A stretch of DNA of 64,000 nt, from positions 1 through 64,000 of the forward strand of contig JBGAIQ010000011.1 of assembly GCA_044225365.1 (NCBI GenBank), written 5' to 3'. The position numbers and the translations under genes were made by a program. Shown piece after piece: positions 9,082-18,493 of the stretch. Positions within the stretch are counted from its first letter, which is position 1. Each line of letters begins with the position of its first letter. This DNA is from Planctomycetota bacterium (GTDB lineage Bacteria > Planctomycetota > B15-G4 > JADJEK01). The notes under the pieces were generated by a model. The model did no database searches, was not told where the DNA came from, and saw only the letters and a list, made by a program, of their open reading frames with translations.

Positions 9082-9768
9082 TCATCCTCCGGCATGCATG
9101 GCTTCCAGCAATTCCTCAGAGAGGCGCAGAGACAGCTGTTCATTGCTAGGCCCGTCTTCCTCCCCACCTCCGACCAAGATGACGCTCATTTCTCCTTCAC
9201 CACGCCTCCCGACACGGCCAATCATGATCCAGACTCTCACGATGCCGATCGCATCGTCGCCATGCGCACGCATTCCATGCTTCTCGATTCGAACACCCGC
9301 CCGAGTCTCGCGCATTTCGCAAGACACGATATCGTCCTGACCTTCGACAGGCACGGAAACGAGTCGATCTCCTATCACACGATTCATGACGGCAACACGT
9401 CGACCAAGCGCGAGAACCGCTTCGATCTTCTCCGCATCGTAGCCGAGGCTCGAGAACACGCTGATTCCACGAATGCCGGCGCTCGAATACGGAGGGCCGC
9501 TTCCTCCAATCGGGCTCGGCAACAGATCCGCGACCTTTGTCAAGCCGGCATGTTCGAGGGGATCTAGCACGGCAGAGGCATAATCATCCACCCAATGCCC
9601 CTGCGGCGGACTCCCGGCACGGCTCCTACCACTACGAAACTCCAGTCCCCCAAGAGCAGCGATTCGCTGGCCTTCCTTCGCACTTATCAGCCCGTTCCGG
9701 TCGGGTTGCGCGTGATCACACCCCGCCAGGAGAATCAATGCCGCGAGCATGGCGCCTGCGTAGTTCAC
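9082..9768 (-). CDS. Hypothetical lipoprotein
   Basis: LAALILLAGC canonical lipobox. Confidence 0.6.
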   Translation of the reverse strand: MNYAGAMLAALILLAGCDHAQPDRNGLISAKEGQRIAALGGLEFRSGRSRAGSPPQGHWVDDYASAVLDPLEHAGLTKVADLLPSPIGGSGPPYSSAGIRGISVFSSLGYDAEKIEAVLALGRRVAVMNRVIGDRLVSVPVEGQDDIVSCEMRETRAGVRIEKHGMRAHGDDAIGIVRVWIMIGRVGRRGEGEMSVILVGGGEEDGPSNEQLSLRLSEELLEAMHAGG

Positions 9769-10202
9769 GATCGATCCGGTGCTCCGTCACGCCGTTCAAC
9801 AATCATACCCGGTCACCGAACGTCGGCCTTCGTCGCGCGCACGACGAGGATCGCGCAGCCCGTCGCGAGAAAGACAAGCCCAACGCAAGCGGCGACGCAG
9901 CATCGGAACATGCGGGGAGCGTACCCGGCATGGGCCGCCATCGGCGCGGCATCGCACCCCATGACCCGGTTCCGGGTCGACGCGCTCGCTGGGAAGTTCC
10001 GGCAAGTCCAATGTCTCTTCCGCGCCTTCGACGAGACGCACCGCGATGAGCGCCGAGCGTCACGAAGCGCGGCAGGGGCGACCGACTCGCGCGACGATCC
10101 GCGCGTGCTTCCGCCTCCATTCGCGGGTAGCGTATTTCCGATGATGGAGACGCTCGCACGCGTCCGGTTCTCGCCCGTAACCCTTGAAGATCCAGGTTCC
10201 AC

Positions 10203-11228
10203 TTGAACGGCCTCTACGATCTCTCCGAAGTCGAACCCTCGACCGTCGCTCGCCTCTCGCAACGCGCGCTCGCACTGCGGGCCGGCGCGGCGCCGAGCGC
10301 CTTCCCAGGACGCGCCCTCGGTCTCCTCTTCTTCGATCCTTCACTTCGCACGCAGGCATCGTTCCAGCGCGCGGCGGGATTGATGAGCCTCGACCTGGTG
10401 CACCTCGCGGGAACCGTGTGGAGTCTCGAGAGCGAGCACGGCGCCGTGATGGATGGTGACAAGGAAGAGCACGTCAAGGAAGCGGCGCTTGCGCTCGGCC
10501 GCTACGTCGACATCCTCGGCGTGCGCGCGTTCCCGCACGGCAAGGACCGCGCGACCGATCTCTCCGACCCGATCCTGCGCGACTTCGCGCGCTACGCCGA
10601 CGTCCCCGTCATCAATCTCGAGAGCGCGCGGTTCCATCCATGCCAGGCGCTCGCGGATCGCGTCACGCTCGATCAGCTCGCGATCTCCGAGAAGGCGAAG
10701 TTCGTCCTGACCTGGGCGTGGCAGCCGAAGGCGGCGCCGATCGCCGTCGCGCAATCGACGCTGCTGATGGCCGCGCAACGCGGGATGGAGATCGTGATGA
10801 TCCGTCCCGAAGGCTACGACCTGCAGGAAGACGTGATGGCGCGGACGAGCACGCTCGCGCGCGAAGCCGGCGGTTCGTTCTCGGTGACCGCGGACAAGAA
10901 GGCCGTCGAAGGCGCGGCCGTCGTCTACGCGCAGTCCTGGGGTTGCCTTGCGGATTACGGGAACGAAGCCGCCGAGGCGCGCCGCCGTTGGAATCTGCGC
11001 GACTGGCGGGTCGAGGCCTCGACGTTCGCCAAGGCGAAGCACGCCAAGTTCATGCATTGCCTACCGGTTCGTCGCAACGTCGTCGTCACCGACGAGGTCC
11101 TCGACTCGGATCGCTCCATCGTGATCGAGCAGGCCGAGAATCGGTTGTGGGGCCAGGCCGCACTGCTCGAGGAGATGCTCGCTTCGAACGCGCCGCGCCG
11201 ATCGGCGCGTCCGCGCAAGATCGTGTAG
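10203..11228 (+). CDS. argF: N-acetylornithine carbamoyltransferase (ArgF'-type)
   Basis: SLRT, HPCQ, HCLPVRRN, QAENR; LTWAWQPK loop typical of the acetyl/succinyl-ornithine transcarbamylases. Confidence 0.85.
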   Translation: MNGLYDLSEVEPSTVARLSQRALALRAGAAPSAFPGRALGLLFFDPSLRTQASFQRAAGLMSLDLVHLAGTVWSLESEHGAVMDGDKEEHVKEAALALGRYVDILGVRAFPHGKDRATDLSDPILRDFARYADVPVINLESARFHPCQALADRVTLDQLAISEKAKFVLTWAWQPKAAPIAVAQSTLLMAAQRGMEIVMIRPEGYDLQEDVMARTSTLAREAGGSFSVTADKKAVEGAAVVYAQSWGCLADYGNEAAEARRRWNLRDWRVEASTFAKAKHAKFMHCLPVRRNVVVTDEVLDSDRSIVIEQAENRLWGQAALLEEMLASNAPRRSARPRKIV

Positions 11229-11261
11229 TTCACCTGCGAAAGCTCGCACCTCGCGTGCGAA

Positions 11262-11705
11262 TCAATCCGGGATCTCGACCTCGACGAGCTTGCCGAGCAT
11301 CGTCAGCGATTCCTGCCAGCCGAGATAACAGGCGTCGGGGGGAATGACGTCGGGGATGCCCTCTTGCACGATGCTCAACTCCGTCCCCACGGACACGCGC
11401 TTCAGATCGATGGTGACGCGCATCTCGCCGCTGAGGTTGGGATCGTCGAACTTGTCGGTGTAGCGAATTCGCTCGCCGGGAACGAGCTCGACGTACTTGC
11501 CCCCGAACGAGTGGGACTTCCTCGAGCCGAAGTTCGTGAACGACATGCGATACCCGCCGCCGACACGGGCATCCATCTCATGCATTCGCCCGGTGAAGCC
11601 GTGCGGCGGGAGCCACTTCACCATCGCATCCGGATCGATGAAGGCCCGATAGACCTTTTCCGGTGCGGCTCGCAGCACACGATGAAATCGAACGGTGTTC
11701 GGCAT
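11262..11705 (-). CDS. SRPBCC/AHSA1-like domain protein
   Basis: APEKVYRAF.DP..M.KWLPP, DARVGG.YRMSF, CYLGWQESL. Confidence 0.9.
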   Translation of the reverse strand: MPNTVRFHRVLRAAPEKVYRAFIDPDAMVKWLPPHGFTGRMHEMDARVGGGYRMSFTNFGSRKSHSFGGKYVELVPGERIRYTDKFDDPNLSGEMRVTIDLKRVSVGTELSIVQEGIPDVIPPDACYLGWQESLTMLGKLVEVEIPD

Positions 11706-11832
11706 CACATCCTCCAGGTCGTTTCGCAACACGCGGGATCGCGCGGATCGTTCACGCGAGCGCGAAGAGATAGCTCAGTCTGCCGATTCTCCCATTCAAT
11801 CCGGGGCGAACGGCGAAGGGACGGCGCGAAAC

Positions 11833-13068
11833 TCACTTCGTCAGTTCTCGCAGCCGTCGATGCAGGAAGCGACGCTCGGGCTCCTGCTGCGCGAGGGAGA
11901 GCGCGCGCTCGTACGCAGCGATCGCGTCGGCGCTGCGACCGAGCCGGCGGCAGAGGTCTGCTCGCGCGGCGTGCGCGAGGTGATAACCGACGAGTTCTCC
12001 GCGACCGAGGAGGCCGTCGATCCGAGCGAGGCCCGCTGCGGGACCCTCCCACTCGGCAACGGCCATGGCGCGGTTCAACTCGGTGATCGGCGAGGGCGCC
12101 GCGATCACGAGCAGGTCGTAGAGCGCGACGATCTCCTCCCAGTCGGTCGAGCCGGCGTCCGGCGCTTCGGCGTGGACCGCCGCGATCGCGGCCTGAAGCG
12201 TGTAGGCCCCGAAGCGCCGCGTCGCGATCGCTCGCTCGACGAGCTGGCCGCCTTCGGCGATCTGCGATCGGTTCCAAAGCGATCGATCCTGATCCTCGAT
12301 CAACACGATCTCGCCGTCCTTCATGCGCGTGTCGCGCCGCGCATCATGGAGCAACATCAAGGCGAGGAGGCCTTGCGCCTCGGGTTCGGGACACGATTCG
12401 ACGACGAGCCGAGCGAGACGAATCGCCTCGTTCGACAGGTCGGTGCGGACGAGCTCGACACCGGAGCTGGCGTAGTACCCCTCGTTGAAGACGAGGTAGA
12501 TCACGGCGAGGACGGCGTCGAGCCGAGTTGGCATCTCCGCACGGGAGGGCACTCGGTACTCGACGCTGGCTTCGCGCAGCATCGATTTGGCGCGCACGAT
12601 GCGCTGGGCGATCGCCGGCGCGCCGACGAACAACGCGCGCGCGACTTCCTCCGTCGTGAGGCCGAGGACTTCGCGCAGAGTCAGGGCGACTCGCGCTTCG
12701 ATCGGCAACAGCGGATGACAGCATGCGAACACGAGGCGCAGGCGGTCGTCCTCCAGCTCGTCGGGTTCCACGATCCCTCGTCGTTCGTCGATCTTGGCGG
12801 CAAGACGTTCGAGGGATCGATCGAATCGCGCGCGCCGTCGCAGCGCGTCGACGGCCTTGTGCCATCCGGTCGAGACCAGCCAGGCGCGCGGATTCTTCGG
12901 TTCGCCCTCGCGCGGCCAATCCTCGAGCGCCGCCGTGAACGCCGCCGCGAGCCCCTCCTCTGCGAGGTGGAAATCGCCGAGCAACCGGATCAACGTGGCG
13001 AGCACGCGGCGGGACTCGCCGTTCCAGAGCGATTCCAGCCGCGTGCGCAGCGCGTCCGAGGCGCTCAC
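11833..13068 (-). CDS. ECF sigma factor with C-terminal TPR-like extension (DUF6596 type, YciI-associated)
   Basis: DDRLRLVFACCHP, VIYLVFNEGY, QDRSLW, YTLQAAIAAVH, DW..I..LY; GTGA overlap with the yciI stop. Confidence 0.9.
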   Translation of the reverse strand: MSASDALRTRLESLWNGESRRVLATLIRLLGDFHLAEEGLAAAFTAALEDWPREGEPKNPRAWLVSTGWHKAVDALRRRARFDRSLERLAAKIDERRGIVEPDELEDDRLRLVFACCHPLLPIEARVALTLREVLGLTTEEVARALFVGAPAIAQRIVRAKSMLREASVEYRVPSRAEMPTRLDAVLAVIYLVFNEGYYASSGVELVRTDLSNEAIRLARLVVESCPEPEAQGLLALMLLHDARRDTRMKDGEIVLIEDQDRSLWNRSQIAEGGQLVERAIATRRFGAYTLQAAIAAVHAEAPDAGSTDWEEIVALYDLLVIAAPSPITELNRAMAVAEWEGPAAGLARIDGLLGRGELVGYHLAHAARADLCRRLGRSADAIAAYERALSLAQQEPERRFLHRRLRELTK

Positions 13069-13469
13069 TTCGCGACGTTCTCCTTCTCGAGCTCGCGCGC
13101 GGCGACTTCCGCGTGACACGTCCCGATCGGCCGGATCTCGATCGCCCAACCGAGGTCCTCGCCCATCCGAGCGGCGGGATGCAGCGAGGCGACCCGGATC
13201 GCGTCATTGAGATCTCGCGCCTCGATCACGACGAGGCCGCCCACCTTCTCCTTGGTCTCGACGAACGGTCCGTCGCTCACGATGGGCTTCCCGCCGGTCG
13301 GCCGGAGGGTCACGGTGTCCCACTCGAGACTCTTCGCTTCGAGGTACTGCCCCGTCGCTTTCATCTCCGCGTCGAAGGCCTGACAGCGCTCGAACAGCGC
13401 GGCGAGTTGCTCCTTCGAGAGCTTCTCCATCTTCTTCGGATCGCCGTAGGCAAGGCATAGATACTTCAT
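13065..13469 (-). CDS. YciI/DGPF-family protein
   Basis: DGPFVETKEKVGG, EARDLNDAI, IEIRP. Confidence 0.9.
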   Translation of the reverse strand: MKYLCLAYGDPKKMEKLSKEQLAALFERCQAFDAEMKATGQYLEAKSLEWDTVTLRPTGGKPIVSDGPFVETKEKVGGLVVIEARDLNDAIRVASLHPAARMGEDLGWAIEIRPIGTCHAEVAARELEKENVAK

Positions 13470-13604
13470 GGTGTCCTCGTGGGTTCGACGGAATCGTCGG
13501 TAGGTTTCGTTCCGAACACCACTGGTCGTTCGGGGGCCGCTCGGATCGACGACTTTCCGCAGATTTGTTTCGGCACGGCCCGCGATGGCGCTCTTCGTCG
13601 ATTC

Positions 13605-15827
13605 CTACGGCAGGACGACGAACGCGCCTCCCAGCGGCGGCGGGGTGAGTTTCGACTTCACTCTCACGGACTCGCTGCTGTTCGCGAAGCCGAATACGTT
13701 GAGCGTGTAGTTCCCCGTCGAGTTCAAGGGAACGTTCGCGAGTCGGACGCTGCCATCTCCAAGCACGGAGACGAACGCCGAGACGTCGTACGCCGCGCCA
13801 TCCGGGCGCGTCAATCCGACGACGAGCGAGCCCGCGAAGTCCTTCTTGCTCACCTTCACGGTGAGCGTCGAGCCCGCGATTCCGGGGAGCGGGAAGTCCA
13901 CCATGGCCTGATTCGGCGGCGGCTTCAGAGTCTTCGAGATCGCGATCGACCCCGAAGGCAACGTCCGCTTCGTCTTCACGTCGAACGCCACCGGCGTCAC
14001 GCCATTCAGTGGAACGAAGCGCACGGAGAACAGACCGGTCGACGGCAGCTTCAGCTTCTTCGTCACCGGCTTCTTGCCGAGATCGACGTTCGATTCCTTC
14101 AGGACCGAACCATCGGCGGCGACGAGCTGCACCTTGGCCGTGAAGGGACTTTGCACCTTGCCGAACTCGAGCTCGAGCTTCATGCCGGCGATGCCGACGA
14201 ACGACGCCGCCGTGGGATCGACGAGCGAGTTGAACGTGACGTGCAGCCGATCACCGCAGTCGAAGTCCTTCGGGAAGCCAGAGAACACGAATGCGCGGCC
14301 CTCGTCGAGCTGTCCGTTGTCGAATCGCGACGCCCCGACGATGATCTCGGCGAATCCATCGCCGTTCACGTCTCCCGCGCCCGCCACGCAAAGTCCGAAG
14401 TTCGAGTTCGTCTGTCCGCACTGTCCACCGCGCGCCGGCGCGGCTTCGAGGCCGAGCGGAGAACCGAGGAAGACGTAGGCGCGACCTTCCGTGGTTTCGC
14501 CGTCATCGAAGTCCTTCGCGCCTGCAACGACGTCGGAATAACCGTCGCCGTTCACGTCCCCGGCGTTCGAAACGGAGAATCCGAACAGCGCGTCGGACTC
14601 GTCGCTCTCGAAGATCGACGTCGCGGTCGCCGAGAGTCCGATCGAGGAGCCCGAGAACACGTAGACGCGGCCTTCGTCGAGATCGGGGTTCTGATAGAGC
14701 GGATCGCCCACGAGGACGTCGGAGTATCCGTCGCCGTTGACATCGCCGCCGCCAGCGACGACGGAGCCGAACTCGGCGAACGGCTGATCGCTCTCGGCCG
14801 TCCAGGCGGGATTCGTTCCGATCCCCGACGCGCCGCCGAGGTAGACGAGCGCGCGGCCTTCGTCGCCCTGGCCATTCGCATAGGAGAGCGCGCCGACGAT
14901 CACGTCCGAGAAGCCATCGCCGTTCACATCGCCCGCACTCGCGACCGAGTACCCCAATTCCGCGTCCGCCTGGTTGCTCTCGGCCGACCAGATCGCGCTC
15001 GCGGAGAGACCGTTCGCAGCGCCGAGATAGATGGAGGCGCGACCCTCATTGTTCTCGCCATTGTCGAAGGCCGGTGAGCCGACGATCACGTCCAGGAAAC
15101 CATCGCCGTTCACATCGCCCGCACTCGCGACGGACCATCCGAACACCGCGGAGATCTGATGGCTCTCCGCAGTCCAACTCGGATTCGCCTGAAGCCCGTT
15201 CGCGGAGCCGAGGAAGAGATACGCCCGACCTTCGTCGTGTTGGCCATTGTCGAAGTCCGGCGCGCCGACGAGGACGTCGTCGTAGCCATCGCCATTCACG
15301 TCGCCCGCACTCGCGACGGAGTAGCCGAGGATCGCGTCCGTCTGGTTGCTCTCCGTGGTCCAGGCCGCGGTGGATGAAAGTCCCGACGCGGATCCGAGAT
15401 GGACGACCGCTCGACCTTCCTGGCTCTCACCGTTGGCGTAGCGAAATGCCCCGACGATCACGTCGTAGAAGCCGTCGCCGTTCACGTCTCCCGCGCTCGC
15501 GACGCTCGCCCCAAAGTATGCGTTGATCTGATCGCTCTCGGCGGTCCAGGCCAACGGCATCGCGACGGTTGGTTTCGAAAGAAGCGCGTTCGCGGGCGTC
15601 GGCGTCGCCGCGAAGCACTCGAACATGGAGCCTATGAAGCCGGCGATCACCGCGAAACACGATGCGCCGACCCAATGAGCACCGGGCTTCGAGCCGGTTC
15701 GCTCCTTCTTGGGAGCGCCGGGCTCCAGCCCGGCTATGGGTGAGTGCTTTGCCGAAGGAGCATGTCGTATCGCAAGAAAAGAGCCGGGCTGGAGCCCGGC
15801 GCTCCCAGTTCGTATCTGCCGTTGCAT
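13605..15827 (-). CDS. Secreted FG-GAP (integrin-alpha-like) repeat protein with two C-terminal PPC-like beta domains
   Basis: Seven AGDVNGDG(F/Y)xDxxxG repeats; GGAGA RBS before MQRQIR. Confidence 0.9.
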   Translation of the reverse strand: MQRQIRTGSAGLQPGSFLAIRHAPSAKHSPIAGLEPGAPKKERTGSKPGAHWVGASCFAVIAGFIGSMFECFAATPTPANALLSKPTVAMPLAWTAESDQINAYFGASVASAGDVNGDGFYDVIVGAFRYANGESQEGRAVVHLGSASGLSSTAAWTTESNQTDAILGYSVASAGDVNGDGYDDVLVGAPDFDNGQHDEGRAYLFLGSANGLQANPSWTAESHQISAVFGWSVASAGDVNGDGFLDVIVGSPAFDNGENNEGRASIYLGAANGLSASAIWSAESNQADAELGYSVASAGDVNGDGFSDVIVGALSYANGQGDEGRALVYLGGASGIGTNPAWTAESDQPFAEFGSVVAGGGDVNGDGYSDVLVGDPLYQNPDLDEGRVYVFSGSSIGLSATATSIFESDESDALFGFSVSNAGDVNGDGYSDVVAGAKDFDDGETTEGRAYVFLGSPLGLEAAPARGGQCGQTNSNFGLCVAGAGDVNGDGFAEIIVGASRFDNGQLDEGRAFVFSGFPKDFDCGDRLHVTFNSLVDPTAASFVGIAGMKLELEFGKVQSPFTAKVQLVAADGSVLKESNVDLGKKPVTKKLKLPSTGLFSVRFVPLNGVTPVAFDVKTKRTLPSGSIAISKTLKPPPNQAMVDFPLPGIAGSTLTVKVSKKDFAGSLVVGLTRPDGAAYDVSAFVSVLGDGSVRLANVPLNSTGNYTLNVFGFANSSESVRVKSKLTPPPLGGAFVVLP
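15711..15806. repeat. Inverted REP doublet (type D) inside the FG-GAP coding region
   Basis: GGGAGCGCCGGGCTCCAGCCCGGCT (15711-15735) and its reverse complement (15782-15806). Confidence 0.8.
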
Positions 15828-15892
15828 GGGGTCTCCGGACGAGTTCACTCGTGTCATGCGCGACCGCGCCGTCGGAGAGTCGCTACGCGTTC

Positions 15893-17839
15893 TCACTTCC
15901 ACGCCATGTACTCGGCAAGCAGCGCCGGCTGGGCCGTACGAAGTCGCGCCTGTTGGAGCAGGCCCTTTCCATAGTTGGCCTTCCCCATCCCGATGTAAGC
16001 GAGTCCGAGCACCGCGGTGTTCTCGTCCGAGGGATCGCGCTCGTTCAGGAGGAGCAGGAGCGGAAAGATCTCGGCCACCTTGGAGGGCGCGGCTTCGAGG
16101 GAGAGGAAGACCCATTGCTCGGCGACCGAGCGATGCGTGGGATCGGCGTCGATCGCCTTCGCGAGGCGTTGGTACGCGATCTCGAGCAGGTCTTCGCACA
16201 AGGCGCCGATCGCCTTCCACTCCTCCGCTTCCCGCCCTTGCTTCTTCGCTCCGAGCTCATGGATCTGTCGGATCACGTCGCGAGGTTCACCCGCCTTGCC
16301 CGGCAGTTCGAGTCCGCCCGCAACATCGGCGAGAGCGATCCTCACGATCTGCCCGACTCGGGCCTCGTCGGTCAACGGACCGAGGGACTTCAATCCGGCG
16401 ACGAGCGCACGAAGCGTGAGACGCCATCCATCGAACGATGCCTTGTTCAACTCGCTGCGCCGCAGCATCGTGAGCAGAGCGGCGTGATCGAGCGAGGGAA
16501 GGTCCGCCGCAGTCGATCCGTTCCTGGCGACGGAATTCGCGAGACTCGCGATGTCGAGGAGCTTCGCCGGATTGCCGTACTTCGATCCGAGCGTGCATCG
16601 CTTCAACGCGGACTCCGCGAGATCCGCATATTGATCGGGTCGCGAGATGCGGAAGTCCTTCTCGAAATAGGCGCGGCAGTCCTTCGCCAGCGACTCGAAA
16701 TTCCCTTTCAGAGTGTCTTCGAGCGTTTCCGTGACGGCGCGCGCGCAGTCGGCCGGCTTCATCTGGGCGTTCACGCGTTCTCGAAGCGCGGCCTGGAACT
16801 TCTGGAACAGCTCGTTCCGCTGACCATTCGCGAGATAATAAATGAGAGCCCACGACTGGGGATAGTATTCGTATTCGAACTTGGCGGAGTCGACGGAGGG
16901 GAGCTTGTCGATCTTGGTGGTCGTGCGATCGAGTTGCGCCATGAGATCGATCACGAGGTCCATCGTATAACGGCCCCGTGCGTTCTCACCGTCGGACGCG
17001 AGATAGCACGCCATTCCTTCGTGAAACCAGCGTGGAAGCGGCGCACTTCCGTAGGAGATGTCGAGCAGGAGGTGCGTGCATTCGTGCCGCGCGGTCAGGG
17101 CGATCTCGTCTCGGTTGTAGGGATCGTCGTAGAAATAGAGAGAACGAATTGCCGGCAGATAGAAGCCAAGCACGTTCTCACCGGTCTTGCCCTCGACCCA
17201 ATGATAGAAATGCATGTAGTCCGAACGATTCGCGAAGATCGCGACGTCGACGTTGGTCTGCAAGTAAGCGCGGAACCGGTTCTTCATCCCTCGGAAGTAC
17301 TCGTTCAGCATCTTCGAATGGATGTCGAGCTGGGGAGTGTCGAGGTCGGAGATGAGATCGAAGTACGTCGTCGGCTTCGGCGGCTTGAGCGAGCGGTCCT
17401 TGTCCTGAAGGAGTTTCTTCTTCTTGTCCGCGGGAGTCGGCGCGAGACTCGGCAGCGCGCGCGGTGTCGGGAGGAACCTCGGCGCATCGACGAGCGGCGG
17501 TTCGGCCGACGCCGGCGCTTTGGGATCGGGCGCAGTGAATCCGAGGATCTCGGCGACTTCCGGTTCCTTCTCGATCGGCACGAGGAGCGTGGGGATCCGA
17601 TGCTGGAGGCCCTTCGAAGCGCACCAGGCGGCGAGCTCGACGAGCTTCGCCTTGTCCTTGCCGGCGTCTTTCTCCTTCTCGCGGAACTGGTCCTCGAGAC
17701 CCTTGGCAACGACCCACGGTCGCCCGCCAGTCTCGTCCTTCACCTCGGACTTCGAGTCCTTCGCGGGCGGCGAGTTCTGCGCGAACGCGGAGTGCACTCC
17801 ACAGAGGATCCACAGACAGACGAGGTTCCCTGACCTCAA
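15893..17839 (-). CDS. Secreted zincin-like protein (peptidase MA/DUF1570-like)
   Basis: GGAGGT RBS, TTG start, signal peptide, HECTH...LPRWFHEGMA.Y. Confidence 0.75.
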   Translation of the reverse strand: MRSGNLVCLWILCGVHSAFAQNSPPAKDSKSEVKDETGGRPWVVAKGLEDQFREKEKDAGKDKAKLVELAAWCASKGLQHRIPTLLVPIEKEPEVAEILGFTAPDPKAPASAEPPLVDAPRFLPTPRALPSLAPTPADKKKKLLQDKDRSLKPPKPTTYFDLISDLDTPQLDIHSKMLNEYFRGMKNRFRAYLQTNVDVAIFANRSDYMHFYHWVEGKTGENVLGFYLPAIRSLYFYDDPYNRDEIALTARHECTHLLLDISYGSAPLPRWFHEGMACYLASDGENARGRYTMDLVIDLMAQLDRTTTKIDKLPSVDSAKFEYEYYPQSWALIYYLANGQRNELFQKFQAALRERVNAQMKPADCARAVTETLEDTLKGNFESLAKDCRAYFEKDFRISRPDQYADLAESALKRCTLGSKYGNPAKLLDIASLANSVARNGSTAADLPSLDHAALLTMLRRSELNKASFDGWRLTLRALVAGLKSLGPLTDEARVGQIVRIALADVAGGLELPGKAGEPRDVIRQIHELGAKKQGREAEEWKAIGALCEDLLEIAYQRLAKAIDADPTHRSVAEQWVFLSLEAAPSKVAEIFPLLLLLNERDPSDENTAVLGLAYIGMGKANYGKGLLQQARLRTAQPALLAEYMAWK

Positions 17840-17925
17840 ACGACACCTCCTCCGATTCGAATCGGAGAAAGGTACCGTGCGGACTCGATCGCGCAAGATG
17901 GGGCCCTGCGACTTCTCGTCGGCCG

Positions 17926-18363
17926 TTACGCCTCGGACTCGGCCGCGATCGCGTCGATTTCCGCCGCGGAGTGCAGCTGGCCCGTGCCGGCGCCGGGGCA
18001 GTCGCGCTCGATCTCTTCCTTCCAGACCTTGCGCACGAGGTTCTCGGGCCAGAACGGAAACGTCCGGCATTGAACGGGGCGCGCGGAGTAGACGGAGCAA
18101 CGTCCGCCCTTCAGGAACACGCACGCCCCATTTTCGAATCGAATCTCGCGGTTTCCGAGGTCGTCGAAGAACGCGTAGCGGCGCTCGAATTCGGCCGGGG
18201 TGAGCGAGAGTTTCTTCGCCATCGCCACCGTGTCGTCGTCGTCGGCATACACGTGGGAATAGGCGCCGTGCGCCTTGCAGCATTCGCCGCAGGCGGTGCA
18301 GGAGAAGCGCAAGCCCGCGTGATACCAGGGCTTCTTGGGGTTCTTCGTGGGCTTGCCGGTCAT
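17926..18363 (-). CDS. YkgJ-family CxxCxxCC cysteine-cluster protein
   Basis: GLRFSCTACGECC, CVFL...CSVY.ARP.QCRTFPFW, CPG.G. Confidence 0.9.
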   Translation of the reverse strand: MTGKPTKNPKKPWYHAGLRFSCTACGECCKAHGAYSHVYADDDDTVAMAKKLSLTPAEFERRYAFFDDLGNREIRFENGACVFLKGGRCSVYSARPVQCRTFPFWPENLVRKVWKEEIERDCPGAGTGQLHSAAEIDAIAAESEA

Positions 18364-18493
18364 GGTGCGGAGCATCTTGAGGAATGCCAAGGCGCGACGC
18401 AATGAAGAGTGGGTGTCGGAATCGGGGCTGGCCTCCGCCTTCATTGCTGCGGTCCGGCAACCAAGACAACCGGTGCCGCAATGGAGCCATACC

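Noticed and set aside
9813-10200. CDS upstream of argF' (several short ORFs)
   Set aside because: No frame has convincing composition; a lipobox-like FLATGC is followed almost immediately by a stop.
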